Shown: in pieces, positions 28,085-42,619 of the stretch | How the letters are laid out: every line of letters begins with the position of its first letter | Position numbering within the stretch: position 1 is the first letter of the stretch | Assembly: GCA_951406725.2 (NCBI GenBank) | Contig: OX597826.1 | Span: 45,384,001 to 45,448,000, forward strand | From: Octopus vulgaris | Taxonomy: Eukaryota | Reading direction: 5' to 3' | Length of the DNA stretch: 64,000 nt | The notes under the pieces: model-generated | What the model was told of the DNA's origin: nothing | Databases searched by the model: none | The model's input: only the letters and a program-made list of their open reading frames with translations | Program-made: the position numbers and the translations under genes

Positions 28085-28689
28085 TATATATATATCAACA
28101 ATATTAATAAGGGTTTCTACGAAGATGCATAGCATTACCTTTAATTCTTTAATTTATATACAGCTTTACATAGACCAGAAAAATAGGACGAATGTTGCCA
28201 TGTTAGCTTGGCGCGATAACTATTAATATCCAGTACCGCTGCCGCAGTCTCCTTTAGAGAGAATTAGAAATAATGATATTTCTATTTTACATAGACCAAC
28301 AAGCTTCAACTGCACCAACCAGTAACCGCTGTAATTGCAACCCTACTATAAAACCGGTACAGTATCTCCAGGGTCTTCACTTGGGATACTTAGATTTGTG
28401 CGTTTAGAGATTTTCTTTTATCTACTCTGCGTTGTAAGATGTTTCCGTTTTATAGAATCTAGGAATGTTGCCTATTCTAAAAGATCAGATATGTTATAGT
28501 GACCGAAGTTTCTAATACTGTTTTTGGCCTGTAAATTTTATCATTGACACCAGTAGTTGAGTGGTACTTTATTTTTATTGACCTCGAAAGGGAAGATAGC
28601 CAAATTTGACCACGACTGGATTTACTCCCGGAATGTAATGAACTGGGAAAATGACACGAGCTGTGGATTGCTCTTTCGAAAGATTTTTC

Positions 28690-29400
28690 AGTCTCTTACT
28701 CATGACCTCCCTAATGCGGATGATGAAGGTGTACAAATTCTCATGGATCATATTTCGACAACTTATAAGGCATTTGGACTCAGTATAAACCAGTGCAAAA
28801 CTGTTGTAGTGTTCCAGTCTGTGTCAGGAAACGTGTATGCGAAGGAACTGTACTGAAAGCGGTTGACAATTTTGTCCACCTGATTAGCATAGCTTTAAGG
28901 CTTCGGAAGACGACTGATTCCTTCAGATCTCTTCAGTCTCATGTCTGGTCCCTGAACGGCATTACAAAGCAAAGAATATTTGCTGTGTACGTGTGTACCG
29001 ACAGGGAACCATTATAGACATTATGTAAGGGTCTTTAAACGTTTCCGTCAGAAGTGTCTGAGACACATTCTGAATGTTAGCTGGTTCTTGCAGACTCCAG
29101 ACACATGGGTCTTGAGGGGAACCGACATACTGAAGCGATGGTGCAGAAGCACAATTTACATTTGATGGATGAAGGATCGGTAGATCCCCAATTAGTTGTT
29201 ATATGGTGAAGTTGTTTGTGAAAGGCATTCCCAGCAGAAAGCAAAACCACGATTCACAGATTGCGCAAATTAGTCGTCAATGGCACGGGAAATATGAGAG
29301 GTCAATTGGGAAAATATGTACGTGCTTATAAACATGCATAATGGCGGTCGTTAGGGCTAGTCCGATACCCAGGCGTGTTCGACTATTGCTCATATGAAAG
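28690..29400 (+). mobile_element. Degenerate RTE/BovB-like LINE 3' region
   Basis: Motifs NADD...QILMD...AFGLSINQCKTVV, LKAVDNF, RFRQKCLRHILNVSW...PDTWVL and LLYGE. Confidence 0.7.
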
Positions 29401-29507
29401 CAAGATACGAAATGTTGGAAGAGTTGAGCAAGAGAGTACGGTAAGATTACATAAGAACATTTCTATATGAGTGTTTTAAGCATTAGATATATTGCAGGAT
29501 ATCTAGT

Positions 29508-29745
29508 CTTTTATTCTTTTACTTGTTTCGGTCATTTGACTGCGGCTATGCTGGAGCACCGCCTTGAAAGGTTTTAGTCGAACAAATCTACCCGAGGACT
29601 TATTTCTTAAGCCTAGTACTTATTCTACCGGCCTGTTTTGCCGAACCGAGGCTGTGGTAGAAAACACTGGCTCAAGGTGCCGCACAGTCGGATTGAACCC
29701 GGAACCATGTAGCTGGAAAGCAAGCTTCTTACCACTCAGCCATGT
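29508..29745 (-). mobile_element. SINE family C copy with internal deletion
   Basis: Head and tail present; the middle with the microsatellite is missing. Confidence 0.75.
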
Positions 29746-30139
29746 CTAATATATGTATCTTAACATATTTATATAAACACAGCGCTGTAACGTTGCACAC
29801 ATAAAGAGATAAGCAAAGTAACGTTTCATAACAATTCACGAAAATAACAAATAACGTTTGAAAAATTGAAAAATTGAAAACAACCGGAGTAAAAAATGGA
29901 AAACACTATCCAAGCTGTGAACAACTTTAAATTAAATTCTGTCAAAACTTTGTCCAAACTTTGAAAGAAGAATATAGTCTACTTTGAAAAACAAATACGA
30001 ATCTCAGTGAATAGACGAAGTCATCATGGCTAAACGTTTACGTCTCCTTTGACCAAATCGTGATTACAATTACTGTTTATAATGGTCTTAGGTTCTTAAT
30101 AATGCGTAGCTCTACTACCAGCGTGTCCAGCAAAAGCAT

Positions 30140-30520
30140 TATGAAATAAATGGCGAAATACTGGAAACAGTTCTACAGGGAATGTGAAACAGAAAATCCC
30201 CAGGAAATCAGACCTGATAACAGATTATTGTTTGAAGAATTTCACCTTTTATCGGTGAGATCACATACAGATGTATGGAGAAAGTATCGACACACACAAG
30301 AACTGCCCCAATGGTTATCAACTGTAACTACTGTATTCATCCTCCTGAATAGTCAAACCACCCTTGCTAAATATTAGCCCCCTCCACCACCACTAACAGC
30401 CTTCCAGAACATCATGTACAAATATGCCTCGATATGTTTTTGCAGGATTATTGTACCGCCAAAGAACATTATAACACCTGAGCAGGCTGGAAGAAAGGCT
30501 GTGTGGGTTTGAAGGAGATG
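30140..30520 (+). mobile_element. R4/Dong-like RT N-terminal fragment
   Basis: Motifs RKSPG, ELPQWLST.TT...NSQTTLAKY*P, QNIMYK and NIITPEQAG. Confidence 0.55.
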
Positions 30521-30574
30521 GCTGGTCAAAATTTATCCTAAATTAAAAAGAGAAGGAGAATATGCATTCATACT

Positions 30575-30804
30575 CTCTTTACTCATTTTTACTCTTTTTA
30601 CTTGTTTCTGTTACATGATTGTGGCCATGCTGGAGCACCGTCTTTATTCGAGCACATCGACCCCAGGACTTATTCTTTGTAAGCCTAGTACTTATTCTAT
30701 CGGTCTATTTTGCCGAACCGCTAAGTTACGGGGACGTAAACACACCAGCATCGATTGTCAAGTGATGTTAGGGTTATAAACACAGACGCACAAATACACA
30801 CACA

Positions 30805-30870
<66 letters not shown>

Positions 30871-31034
30871 TACGACGGGCTTCTTTCAGTTCCGTCTACC
30901 AAATCCACTCACAAGGCTTTAGTCGACCTGAGGCTATAATAGAAGACACTTGCCCAAGGTGCCACGCAGTGGGACTGAACCCGGAACCATGTTGTTGGTA
31001 AGCAAGCTACTTACCACACAGCCACTCCTACGCC
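30575..31034 (-). mobile_element. SINE family C, full-length
   Basis: Reverse complement of the 24156-24562 family. Confidence 0.88.
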
Positions 31035-31540
31035 CCATACATCCATAGATAGATAGATAGATACATGATCAGCTTCTCTACATGTCTCTGTCTAGATGAC
31101 ATTGGTCCAACCAAGACACACAATAAAAGATAACTATGTAGTGGGACCGAAGACGGAAGTACTTGGCTGCGAAGCGAACCTTGTTACAATACAGTGAAGC
31201 CTGGGCCCATATAGTGTAGTTTTACATGAAATGAGTTGTTAATTGGTACACACTCTTGTATTACATATTATGATATTATACAATATGGATATTTCTTTGT
31301 TGATTGTGTCAGCAAGATGACAGATTGTCGATAGACATGTCTGCAGTTTGTATCTGCACACAAATGATTGGTTGTCTTTATGTTCAGGACTCATGTCTCT
31401 CGATCGTTAAGTCCGCCATATATAGCTAAAAACAGACTGTGTGCGTGGTGTGTATGTATCTGTGTATTTGTGGTCGTTGAGTCGACATGTGTTGCGCATG
31501 TGTGTGTATATATATGTGAGTGAGTACGTATGTGGTGAGT

Positions 31541-31653
<113 letters not shown>

Positions 31654-32139
31654 CGTACTTGCGTGGTTTGTGTTATGCATAACGCAGTGTGAATCAGCTG
31701 TACTGAAATAAATTTAAATATTAGAAAGACAGACGTGATAAGGAATTATATAAGAATGTAAACACATTCCTTGTATTACACATGTACTCTCTCTCTCTCT
31801 CACACACACACAAATACACACACACACATACAAGATGTCACAACAAAATGCATTCACACATTGAACGATTGTAAAGTCAATGTTTATTAAAATACATTTC
31901 AATTTCAAAATTTAATAGAATCTACAGACATAATTCAATTTTCTGTGAACGCCTCTTTTCAAACTGATGGCCTTTCTGCACCAAACACTGCTGATAAAGC
32001 GAACCAATGAGACTGTAAAAAGCAAGAAACAATTCGCTCGGTATTTTTGCGCATTCGCGTTCAATGATTGTCCTCAATTCGTCGATTATTGCCGGTTTTG
32101 TACTGTAAACTGTGTATTTTAAGTACGTTCTTAAAATGC

Positions 32140-32830
32140 TTAGTGTAAGCTAATCGAACCATTTCATTTACACGTAGTCTCATCACTTGAAACAGTCTTT
32201 GACGACAGTGCGCATCTCCTACATATCTTACTAAGTTCCTCTTGCAAAACTCCACCCTTCGGTTGGGATCATCTTCACTGAAGACAAGGATTATTCTTAG
32301 AATGTAACTTTTCCTATGACAGGGCTTCAAAATGTGATAGACGCTTGATTTTGGAATTCTCATCCCACGAATCACTTGGAGATTTAATTGAACAGATTTT
32401 CTATCGAACTCTGGTAATACGTCTCTAATACCTATTTCTTTATTACCCACAAGAGGCTAAACACAGAGGGGACAAACAAGGACAGACATAGGTATTAAGT
32501 CGATTACATCGACCCCAGTGCGTAACTGGTACTTAATTTATCGACCCCGAAAGGATGAAAGGCAAAGTCGACCTCGGCGGAATTTGAACTCACAACGTAA
32601 CGCAGACGAAATACCGCTAAGCATTTCGCCCGGCGTGCTAACGTTTCTGTCAGCTCGCCGCCTTACGTCTCTAATACCTTGTGGGGCTAGTCTCTGCTTA
32701 TTAAGAATGATATTACTGATCGCCAACCTTCGTGTAAAATAAGGATAATGTAGAGAATAATGTAGTGCGTCAAGAACCGAAATTTCTTCAGATGTGTATG
32801 CTTTAGGTATCGTAGATTAGGAATCTGCGA
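32140..32830 (-). mobile_element. Tc1/mariner transposase N-terminal remnant (rosa-like) split by SINE A
   Basis: IPKSSVYHILK..RKSY..R....SEDDPNRRVEFC. Confidence 0.5.
32434..32663 (-). mobile_element. Full-length SINE A with 16-bp TSD
   Basis: TACGTCTCTAATACCT occurs at 32418-32433 and again at 32664-32679. Confidence 0.92.
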
Positions 32831-34002
32831 ATAAAATGCAAAAAGGAGGGGATATGGGAGTTCTGCTCTCCCGCCTGTTTTTCAGAGTTTAGTTTTAATT
32901 TTTTTTTCTCGCGAAAATTATTTCAACTTTGTTTTAAAAAGTTTCGCCTATTTATAAAGAAGCACAATTTCAGTGGTTTAAAAACATAACTCTAAAAAAT
33001 AAAAATTATTCAAAAGATTATCAGGAATGAAAAGTTTCGAGAGTAAAACAAAACAACAAAAGCATTTGCTTTTTATTCCAGGATCGTAATTTCCGATGCT
33101 TAAAACCTACGCATAGGAAGACGCAAGGTCACACTAGTCTAGAGAATTCCTGACTATATTCTGTAGGAACAACTCCGTTCTGATATCATAGTATCTTACA
33201 CGGTATATAAATTAGCATGTGCCAAATTATCTATAGCATTGTGAGATCTTATCTGTGTGTAGAAAGGAAATATATTTGCTCTGTATATATTTAATAACAG
33301 ATGAAATAGAATACGTCACCATGTGTGGTGAAATATGTTATCATTACTTTCAAGCTGTGATAATATAACAGCGTGGCATATTAGATGATGTAGCTGTTAT
33401 TGTTGTTGTTGTCGTTGTCGTCATCGTCGGTAGCAGCGGCTTTGGTTGTTGTTGACGACGATGATGCTGTCTGTTGCTGTTGTTGCTGTAGTTGGTGTTG
33501 TCGTCATCAGTGTCGCCGTTGTTACACTTGTTGGTGCTGCTGTGTAGCTGTCATCGATATTGTTGTTGCTGTTATTGCCGTGGTGTTGTCAATGGAGTTT
33601 CAGTTGTTGTTGTCGTTGCTGTTGCTGTTGTTGTTCTTGCGGTTGTTGGTGTTGTTGCTCTCATCGTCGTTGACGTCGACGTCCTCCTCCTCCTCCTCCT
33701 CCTCCAAGTCAAACCCAGTGGCGTAGACCCACGACCGAAGACATTCCTACCGTGAACATCCTGTTTTTCTTTCTTCTTTGTTTTCAGAGTATCTAAGACT
33801 ACATTATTGAATGCCTCGTTTCCTTATTCAAGAGTATGACATAAGGGAGATTTGCCTGTTATTTCGAGCCTGCAATTTCAGACTCCTTCTTTGCCTATCC
33901 ACATTATTTGTGTCGCTGCAATATGTAATTCGATACAGTCTTAGGATTGAAACAAGTAAATGACTAAATGGGTAAAAGAAAGTGTACGTGTATGTGTGTA
34001 TT

Positions 34003-34121
34003 GTTCAAATTTACATGAAATAAAAGACGAAGGCAGGTGAGCGAACAACAAGCAGGTGTATTAGTTTAACGCTCGGGAAGAATGGAAAAGTTTGAGGTTT
34101 CGAGCCTACGCTCTTCGGCAG
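34003..34121 (-). mobile_element. Penelope-type pLTR fragment with a degenerate minimal hammerhead
   Basis: Minus strand reads CTGcCGA-A-GAGC-GTAG-GCTC-GAAAC-cTC, two substitutions from CTGACGA...GAAACGTC. Same family as 8541-8646. Confidence 0.6.
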
Positions 34122-34516
34122 AAGCTGTGGCGCTGGAACAGCAAGGTAGAGACCAGCGAATTTTAAGTTGAATGAAAATTATATAGAAATATTAAACGTG
34201 TAGTAGAACTAATTAAATTTCTATTAATTTGAATGATTACATAAAGTACACTGGTGAATGTAGTCCAAGGTCCTCTATTCCTGAAAAATGACTACGGAGA
34301 CGTTTCATTACCCTTGCTCATATTATGTTCAATCAGCAGATTGCTAAACAGCAAAAACAATTAAAACAAACATAAACAATCCAATTCATCTTTCTCATTT
34401 TCTTTCTTCATTTATGATCCAATTACTAAACCTTTATGCAAAATACTTCTCCCTTCATTAATAGTTAGATATATACATTGCTTGTATCTATCTCTCTCTT
34501 TCTGTCTGTCTGTTCG

Positions 34517-34559
<43 letters not shown>

Positions 34560-35312
34560 CTCTCTTTCTTTCTTTCTTCTGACCTATTACACCCCATCTC
34601 TTTCTCCTCACACTTCTTTATCCCCTTTTCTTTCTCTCCCCACTTGTGTCTCTCTCACTGTCTGTCTTTGAAATTACCTACCTACCTGCCTGTCAGTCTG
34701 TCTGTCTGTCTCTCTGTCTACCTATCTGTTTCTTTGCTGGCTGTCTTTCTATCATTCTATTTATCTATCCATCGCACGATAGGCACTCTACGAAAACTAG
34801 ATACTAACCCACATCCTTAACAATTGGTAATGCCTACAAAACTAGAGGGATTACTCATTGCCACATACTCGGCAGTACAATAAGGCCTACGAAGCAAAGT
34901 CTACCGGGACTACCCAAGCCCAGTGTCAGCAAAAGGGAAAGGACAACAAAGAGAAGAAATGATAACCCCACATCATTAAAAATAGGATATGTCCTACGAA
35001 GACTACAGACAAGTCTACATGCTTGGACATTGGGTATAGGATATATCATAGACATGAGAATGAGGCGAGGTTTTGTTTCATAACATGGCTGGCTAGAAAC
35101 TGAAGTCGAATTTCCTGCGAATCATAACCTAACACGATCTGGCTGCAGTAAAACTCAAATCTTTTTAAAACCACATACTATGAACTTGTGAAAACGACAC
35201 ATAGGGAATGTGGTGCGGAGAATATTATATTTTGGGGAAAAGAGAGAAGTGAAAATGAATGATATGAACCTGATCATAAGACACCACCACTAAGGCTAAA
35301 CAACAACTTTAC

Positions 35313-35356
<44 letters not shown>

Positions 35357-35362
35357 ATATTG

Positions 35363-35692
35363 GGAAGAGACGTGTCTTAGCTGTCAGGGTACTCGGCTCA
35401 CGATCATAGTGTGGTGAGTTCGATACCCGGCTGCATGTTGTGTTCTTGAGCAAGACACTTTATTTCACGCTGTTCCAGTCCACTCAGCCGGTAAAAATGA
35501 TTGGTACCTTTATTTCAAAGGACCAGCCTTGTCATATTTTGTTTTCACGCTGAATCTCCTTGAGAGCCTCTTTAAGGTTATGCGCGTCTGTTGGAATGCT
35601 CTTCCACTTGCACGTTAATTTCACGAGCAGGCTGTTCCATCGATCGGATCACCACCTAGAACTCTCGTCATCACAACCGACGGAGTACCAGT
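35363..35692 (+). mobile_element. SINE B-related element with a different 3' part
   Basis: tRNA-like head (GAGTTCGATACCC) and shared GTTGTGTTCTTGAGCAAG...CCAGTCCACTCAGC core. Confidence 0.7.
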
Positions 35693-36164
35693 TTTCATTC
35701 CCACACACACATTCACACTAACACCGATGCACACACGCACACACAGACACGTATCTATACTGTCTCACAGGAATCTAGATTAGATATTGCAAGGTAAAAT
35801 GCCATGTACATTAGAACATCATTTTACTTTTATTTTGCTGCTGAGTGTAACGGCCTTTAGTGAATACTTTTATACGCCATTGCTTTCTTTCTGTGTAGGA
35901 GCTACAATAAAACGAACAAAAAAAAAAAAGAGAAAAGTAAGAAAACGAATAAAAGAATAAAAGAATGAAAGAATTAAGAAATCAAAAAACTAAAAAGAAA
36001 AACAAGAAACAAAAAAAAAACAGACAAAAGAATTCATAAACCAGGAATGATCCTTACAATTCAGAAAATTGCTTCAAGATAAAAATCCTCGATATTAAGA
36101 AGAGGCAACGGTAGGATTAACATCAATATTTGCTTTAGCCATACATACATACATGCATATATAC

Positions 36165-36235
<71 letters not shown>

Positions 36236-36252
36236 TACACACACATATATAC

Positions 36253-36337
<85 letters not shown>

Positions 36338-36655
36338 CATATGTAGCATATTATTATTGCTTAGTTTTCGTCTCTGAAGCACGTCACGACCAAGCGATCA
36401 TCGATTTTCGCTGATCGTCATTAAGAGTTACAGTGTGTAGAAGAATTAGTATCGCCTACAAACTGCCTGAGGACATTCAAAGAGACGTTTATTGCCGTAG
36501 CTTATAAATTTCATCTGTCCAGTGACATATCTGCAAATGTATTTCTCTATGTGTGTGTCTCTGCATAACAACGTTCCGCATATGTGTAAATCTATACGCA
36601 CTTATAAACAAACGTAGACACACAAGTCCACACACACACACACACACACACACAT

Positions 36656-36695
<40 letters not shown>

Positions 36696-38088
36696 ACACA
36701 CTCACAAACAAACAAACAGAAATACAGAAGCACACATACACAATTTATTCGTCCGTGCTTATCAGTGCATGCGATACCGTATGTATATAACTGTATGAAC
36801 GCGTTTATGTATGCATGTATGTATGTATGTATGTATGTATATATGTATGTATGTATGTATGTATGTACGTATGTATGTATGTGCGATCGATACGCATATG
36901 TATAAGTGTGTGTGTCTGTGTATATACAGACATGAACTTTTGGATATACATACATATATATATATATATACATATGCACACACATGCATACATATATACA
37001 TACATATATATGCGATTGTATATAAATATATAATTATATATGTATATATATATATGTGTGTGTGTGTATTTGTGTGTGTATGCATATGTATGGTGTTTAT
37101 TCAGAACTTGTAACATCGATTACCATATATCTCATTCCAAGAAACATTTATATTAATTCTGTTGTGAAGAAAATCTGTTCCCCATATATATTGATCGTGG
37201 AAGCATGCGCATCGTTGACAAGTTTCCTACGCTAGCATGCCATTCTTAGTTCGAACACAGTACTCAGTACATTGACCAAGCGTATTTTGCCCGAACGTAG
37301 GGTCAACACGAAACTGACAATTAGAATTAGAGAACCGGATTCTGTGTATATGTACATTGGTGTGTATATGTGTGTGTGTACGTATGACTGTATTTATGTG
37401 TGTATGTATGCGTATATGTATGTATATTAACAAGCTATCAATAAATGAAAACGAAGCATGCAGGAAAGATATTGCATTACTTTAGTTAAGTTAATATTTC
37501 GGGAAAGATTCCCTCTTTCAAAATAAAATAGAAAAAATATTCAAAAATTCGGAGAAACGTTTTGTTTAAGTCAGGCCTTTCTAATATTTTGTGATACTTC
37601 GATTTGAAAAAATGAATACTTTCTGAAATATAGGATAATCTAAATATCTGTGTAAGGTAACAGCATACCATTGCTCTTTGTTTCCATCACCTTACATATT
37701 TTGCCTAATTTCTTCCTTGCCTTTCTCCAATCTTTTTCAAAAATGTTACGGTTCATTGTAGTACATTATACAAAGTTGCAAAGTACAACACGCACTTACA
37801 ATATGAGTTTGTGTGCGTATCTGTGTCTGCACGCGCGTGTATGTATGTGTATATGTATACATATAAAATGCATTCACATACGTATATACGTATGAATAAA
37901 GAATTAGTGGAAACATTTGTAAGCTAATGTAGTTCATAAGATAACCAGTTTTTCTTTTGCCATCTCTTTTTGTATTACCATTCTGTACTTAACTAACTTC
38001 TCATTCAGAAGCATACCTATACTGAGTTCTACACCAGGTTATTGGTATTGCAATGCCTACGTGATTTATATATATATATGTATATATA

Positions 38089-38260
38089 TATAATCAAAAT
38101 AAGCAACAAGGATATCCAGAGGTAATGCAGTACGAACGTTTCATGCGACTCCATTTAATTGAACAATGCAAATATTACATCAATTTAAAATTTATTGGAG
38201 TCGCATGAAACGACCGTACTGCATTATCTATGGATATCCTTGTTGCTTATTTTGATTATA
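38089..38260. repeat. 65-bp-arm inverted repeat between (TA)n tracts, carrying a hammerhead 3' half (GAAAC-GACC-GTA)
   Basis: 38089-38153 pairs with 38196-38260. No CTGANGA is present. Confidence 0.75.
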
Positions 38261-38350
38261 ATCACCCCATTTTGAATTATATGGATAATACCAAACTAAA
38301 TTCTGGTGCCTTTAACTTAAGTACTATATTCAACTGAATCTAAATTTTAC

Positions 38351-38396
<46 letters not shown>

Positions 38397-38439
38397 TAGA
38401 TAGATAGATAGATATATACATATACATATTCATATACAT

Positions 38440-38532
<93 letters not shown>

Positions 38533-39639
38533 CAGACAGAGAGACAGACAGACTAATTGAAGCACTAGTAGATGCTATTTTCAAATTGTCTTCGTACATG
38601 ATTTTCATGCGAACAGATGGCAGGATAGGCGAGTGGTGGCACGATGCAATGTAACACCATCGCTGGAATTTCATAAGTTGTGTTTTATTTTCTTTCGATC
38701 TACCCACTTTACATATTGTATTTCCTATTAACATTCTCTTGTCTCCATTCTGTCTGGTTAGTAATTTTTAGATTTCTTAACTGGAAGTATTCTTCTGATA
38801 AGAATGCTGAATAGACACATTCTTTTTGGGCTTCAAATCGTGTTTGTAACGTAATTTATCTTTAAGAACATATTTTTGTCCTTTCCAGTTTTCATATAGT
38901 CGCAGATTCTGTTGCAACAGAAGTTGTAAATCTAGTAGTTTTTCCAACAGTAATGTCTGTGAATGAAGTACTTCATTTGTATAGCATTCTTGTTAAAGAT
39001 AGTTTCTGTTGATATTGTCCGTTTTGTTTACTTAAGCCCTCTAGAGCTATCCAAATTATACTTTTTGTTGTTACAGACACACACAAAAAAAATTATTATT
39101 ACGTATATACATGCTAACTTCAAACTCTGCTACCAGCATATGGGAATACTTAAAAATCTGCATGTGCTACCAAAGGCATTCGACTCGGAGGAATGGAAAC
39201 CTAGCTCTTAGAGACAACATTGTTTTGAAAGAATTCCCCTCAAGTTTTTTCTTTCGGGGGCGGGGAGGTTCCTGCATGCAATTTCCGGTTTGTTAAAAAT
39301 ACAGGGAGTAACATTTGTAACTCAAGTCATCTTAGTGGCAAAATACTCTCACTAGAGAGAGAGATAAATTAGCAAATCTCTTTAGCAATACCGGCGCAGT
39401 TCTTTTGATTCCGTTGTCATAGTATTTGTTTCATATATTTCCCCCCATTTAATTTCAAATGTTACTTTCGCTCTTTGTGTTTTTTTCCACAGCAAACGAA
39501 GTGTGAGTTCGTTCATCTGAGAACCTTTTCATTAACAACAACAAGAATCACACTGTTTTAAGTAGCGGTATTTTCATTTACAACACCCCTTTTACACATA
39601 CTATAATATTCTTTTTCATATACCAATACTTAGCTATTA

Positions 39640-39713
<74 letters not shown>

Positions 39714-39801
39714 ATATATACATATATGCGTGTGTATGTATGTGTGTGTATATATTTATATATAAATATATATATGTATATATATATATATATATATTTA
39801 A

Positions 39802-39869
<68 letters not shown>

Positions 39870-39913
39870 CACACAGAAGAAACACGGACAAACATATGTG
39901 TATTGATGTGTGT

Positions 39914-39963
<50 letters not shown>

Positions 39964-40544
39964 GTCCTAGGAATTCATATGTACATATCAAAGCGTTTCT
40001 ACTCAATGATAACCTTAACCGAAATATTGTGTTGATATTCTTCAATACCAAACGTATGATGCATTATTATGTTCTCATTTGAAATATCTTTATTCACCAT
40101 ACATCAATAATTCACATCAGATACTTGTGAAATGATATTATTTCTGTGCAGAGCTTAATCTCCGTTGTCAATCATATTTGTTATTCATTAACAGATTCAT
40201 CGGAGCCACATAGCTATTAAGACAAGGCTTTTGCACAATGGTTTTTTTTTTTCCTCTCTCTCTTTTTGCTCACACATACTCACAAATATATATTCAGAAA
40301 TGTGATTGGAAGACAAATGTCTGAATGAAAATGACCAACTAAGCTACATTTGTAATTGAAATTAACCTGATAAATGAACACTGAATATTGGCTTCTGTCG
40401 ATTATTTACAGTGCAACTTTGTTTGAGAGATAAATTATAATCAGGCCTATCTCAGTACACTACAGCTACTTATACCAAATACCCCATTGTGGGGACTATT
40501 TATTTTTATTCTCTTTTGGTATCTCATGTTGGTAAATAATGATT

Positions 40545-41660
40545 TCGAATTTTGGCACAAGGCCAGCAAGTTCGGGCGTTGGGTTAAGTCGATTACGTCG
40601 ACTCCACTGCTCAACTGGTACATATTTCTGCGACCCCGAAATGATAGAAAGCAATGTCGACTTCGGCGGAATTTGAACTCAGAACGTAAAGACGGATGAA
40701 ATGCCGCAAAGCAATTTGCCCGGCGTGCTAACGGTTCTGCCAGCTCGCCGCCTTATGCTGGTTGAATAATAGCATCGCTGGTTATAAGGTTCTATTTGAC
40801 CAACAACGAGGGGGACAAGACTGTGGAGTGAAGTCGGTGCTGAATAAATAAGACAAAGGACTTCATTCGAAAAGCACCGGTTTTAGACGTTTGAAAGATA
40901 CATATGTATGCGTTACGCACTGGGGTCGATGTAATCGACTTAATCCGTTTGTCTGTCCTTGTTTGTCCCCTCTGTGTTTAGCCCCTTGTGGGTAGTAAAG
41001 AAATATGTATTTCGTCTGCCGTTACGTCCTGAATTCAAATTCCGCCGAGGTCGACTTTGCCTTTCATCCTTTCGGGGTCGATAAATTAAGTACCAGTTAC
41101 ACACTGGGGGTCAATATAATCGACTTAATCCGTTTGTCTGTCCTTGTTTGTCCCATCTATGTTTAGCCCCTTGTGGGCAATAAAGAAATAAGTATCGTTA
41201 ACACGTCGGGGAAAATGCTTAGCGACATTTCGTTCGTTTTTACGTTCTACGTTCAAGTTCTGCCGAGGTCGAATTTACCTTTCACCCTTTTGGGGTCGAT
41301 AAATTAAGTACCAGTTGAGTACTGGGGTCGATATAATTGATTTACCCCCTCCCTTCGAAATTTCTGGCCTGGTACCAAAATTTGAAACCGATTATAGGCA
41401 GGTCTAGGGGTGTGAGCTGGCAGAATCGTTAGCATGCCGGGCAAAATGTCTAGCGGCATTTCGTGCCGCCTTATGTTCTGAGTTCAAATTCCACCGTGGT
41501 CGACTTTGCCTTTCATCCTTTCGGGGTCGATAAATTAAGTACCAGTTACGCACTGGGATCGACGTAATCAACTTAATCTGTCTAAGCACTGAAGTCAACG
41601 TAATTGTCTAACTCACTCAACCGAACTTGATGGCCTTGTGCTAAAATTTGTAACCACCAT
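40545..41660. mobile_element. Cluster of SINE A copies, nested or tandem, in both orientations
   Basis: Copies at ~40545-40755 (-), ~40911-41003, ~41005-41192, ~41194-41390 and ~41410-41655 (+). Confidence 0.8.
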
Positions 41661-42619
41661 TAGGCAATCTTAATATGATTGGTGTAGATATCACAGGAAT
41701 TTGAATTTTGAGCATTAGACATATGTGTTATCAATCAGGCGTTATTTTTTGTTTTCCCAGAAATGTCATTGCGTATATATTTTAGTATTGCAATATGAAT
41801 ATTGATTGCATCATTAATCTTCTTTTTGTGAGAAATGATGTATAGTTGTATGGTCCACTAATATTTCCCTATAGTTCTTTCTTGCGTTGTACAGGGTAAT
41901 ATTTTGCAATTGTTTCTCATTATAAGTTTATAATAAGCTGATGTGAAACTATTTCGCTGAAAGAGTTTGCGATGAATTTTTCGTCAGTTCGCGGAGAAAT
42001 AAGGAACTCTTACGGATGCTTTTATTACTGCATTTAGCATATTCAGAGTTTTAATTAGGTAACATTGTCTTCTAGATTCTTCAGAATTCTCACGAATTTG
42101 TTTTTTTGAATTAATTAAAATTTTATTTATATAATATTGTAAATATATGTAGGCAACAGTAAAAAAGAAATACACAAATAACCCTTTCTTTTTAAACTAT
42201 TAGGAGGTAAGGCAATATCCATGAGACTTTACATGGCTTCTGAAACAGGCGAGTGCGAGAGAAGTTATTCTCAAACGAAAGACTCACCTGAATGCATGCA
42301 CCAGTATGGACCCCGCTGAAAGTATCCGAGGTACCATATGGTGACAGTTGACAAGTGCTGTATTTAGTTTTCCACCTGAGTAGGCTACGACTGGATTTGA
42401 ACATAAAACGCAAGACTTAGAACAATTACCGTAAGGAATCTGATCTACTATTCATGCAGTGTCACCAATCAACCGCCATGAATTGGTAGCTTATTATCTG
42501 CTACGTAAAGATACACGGCAAAGTTGAGCACGGTGGGATTTAAACTCAGAGCGTAAAGAATCGTCGCAAATATCACTATGCCTTCTGTCAGACCCTCTAA
42601 CGACCCTCAACTGAAAATC

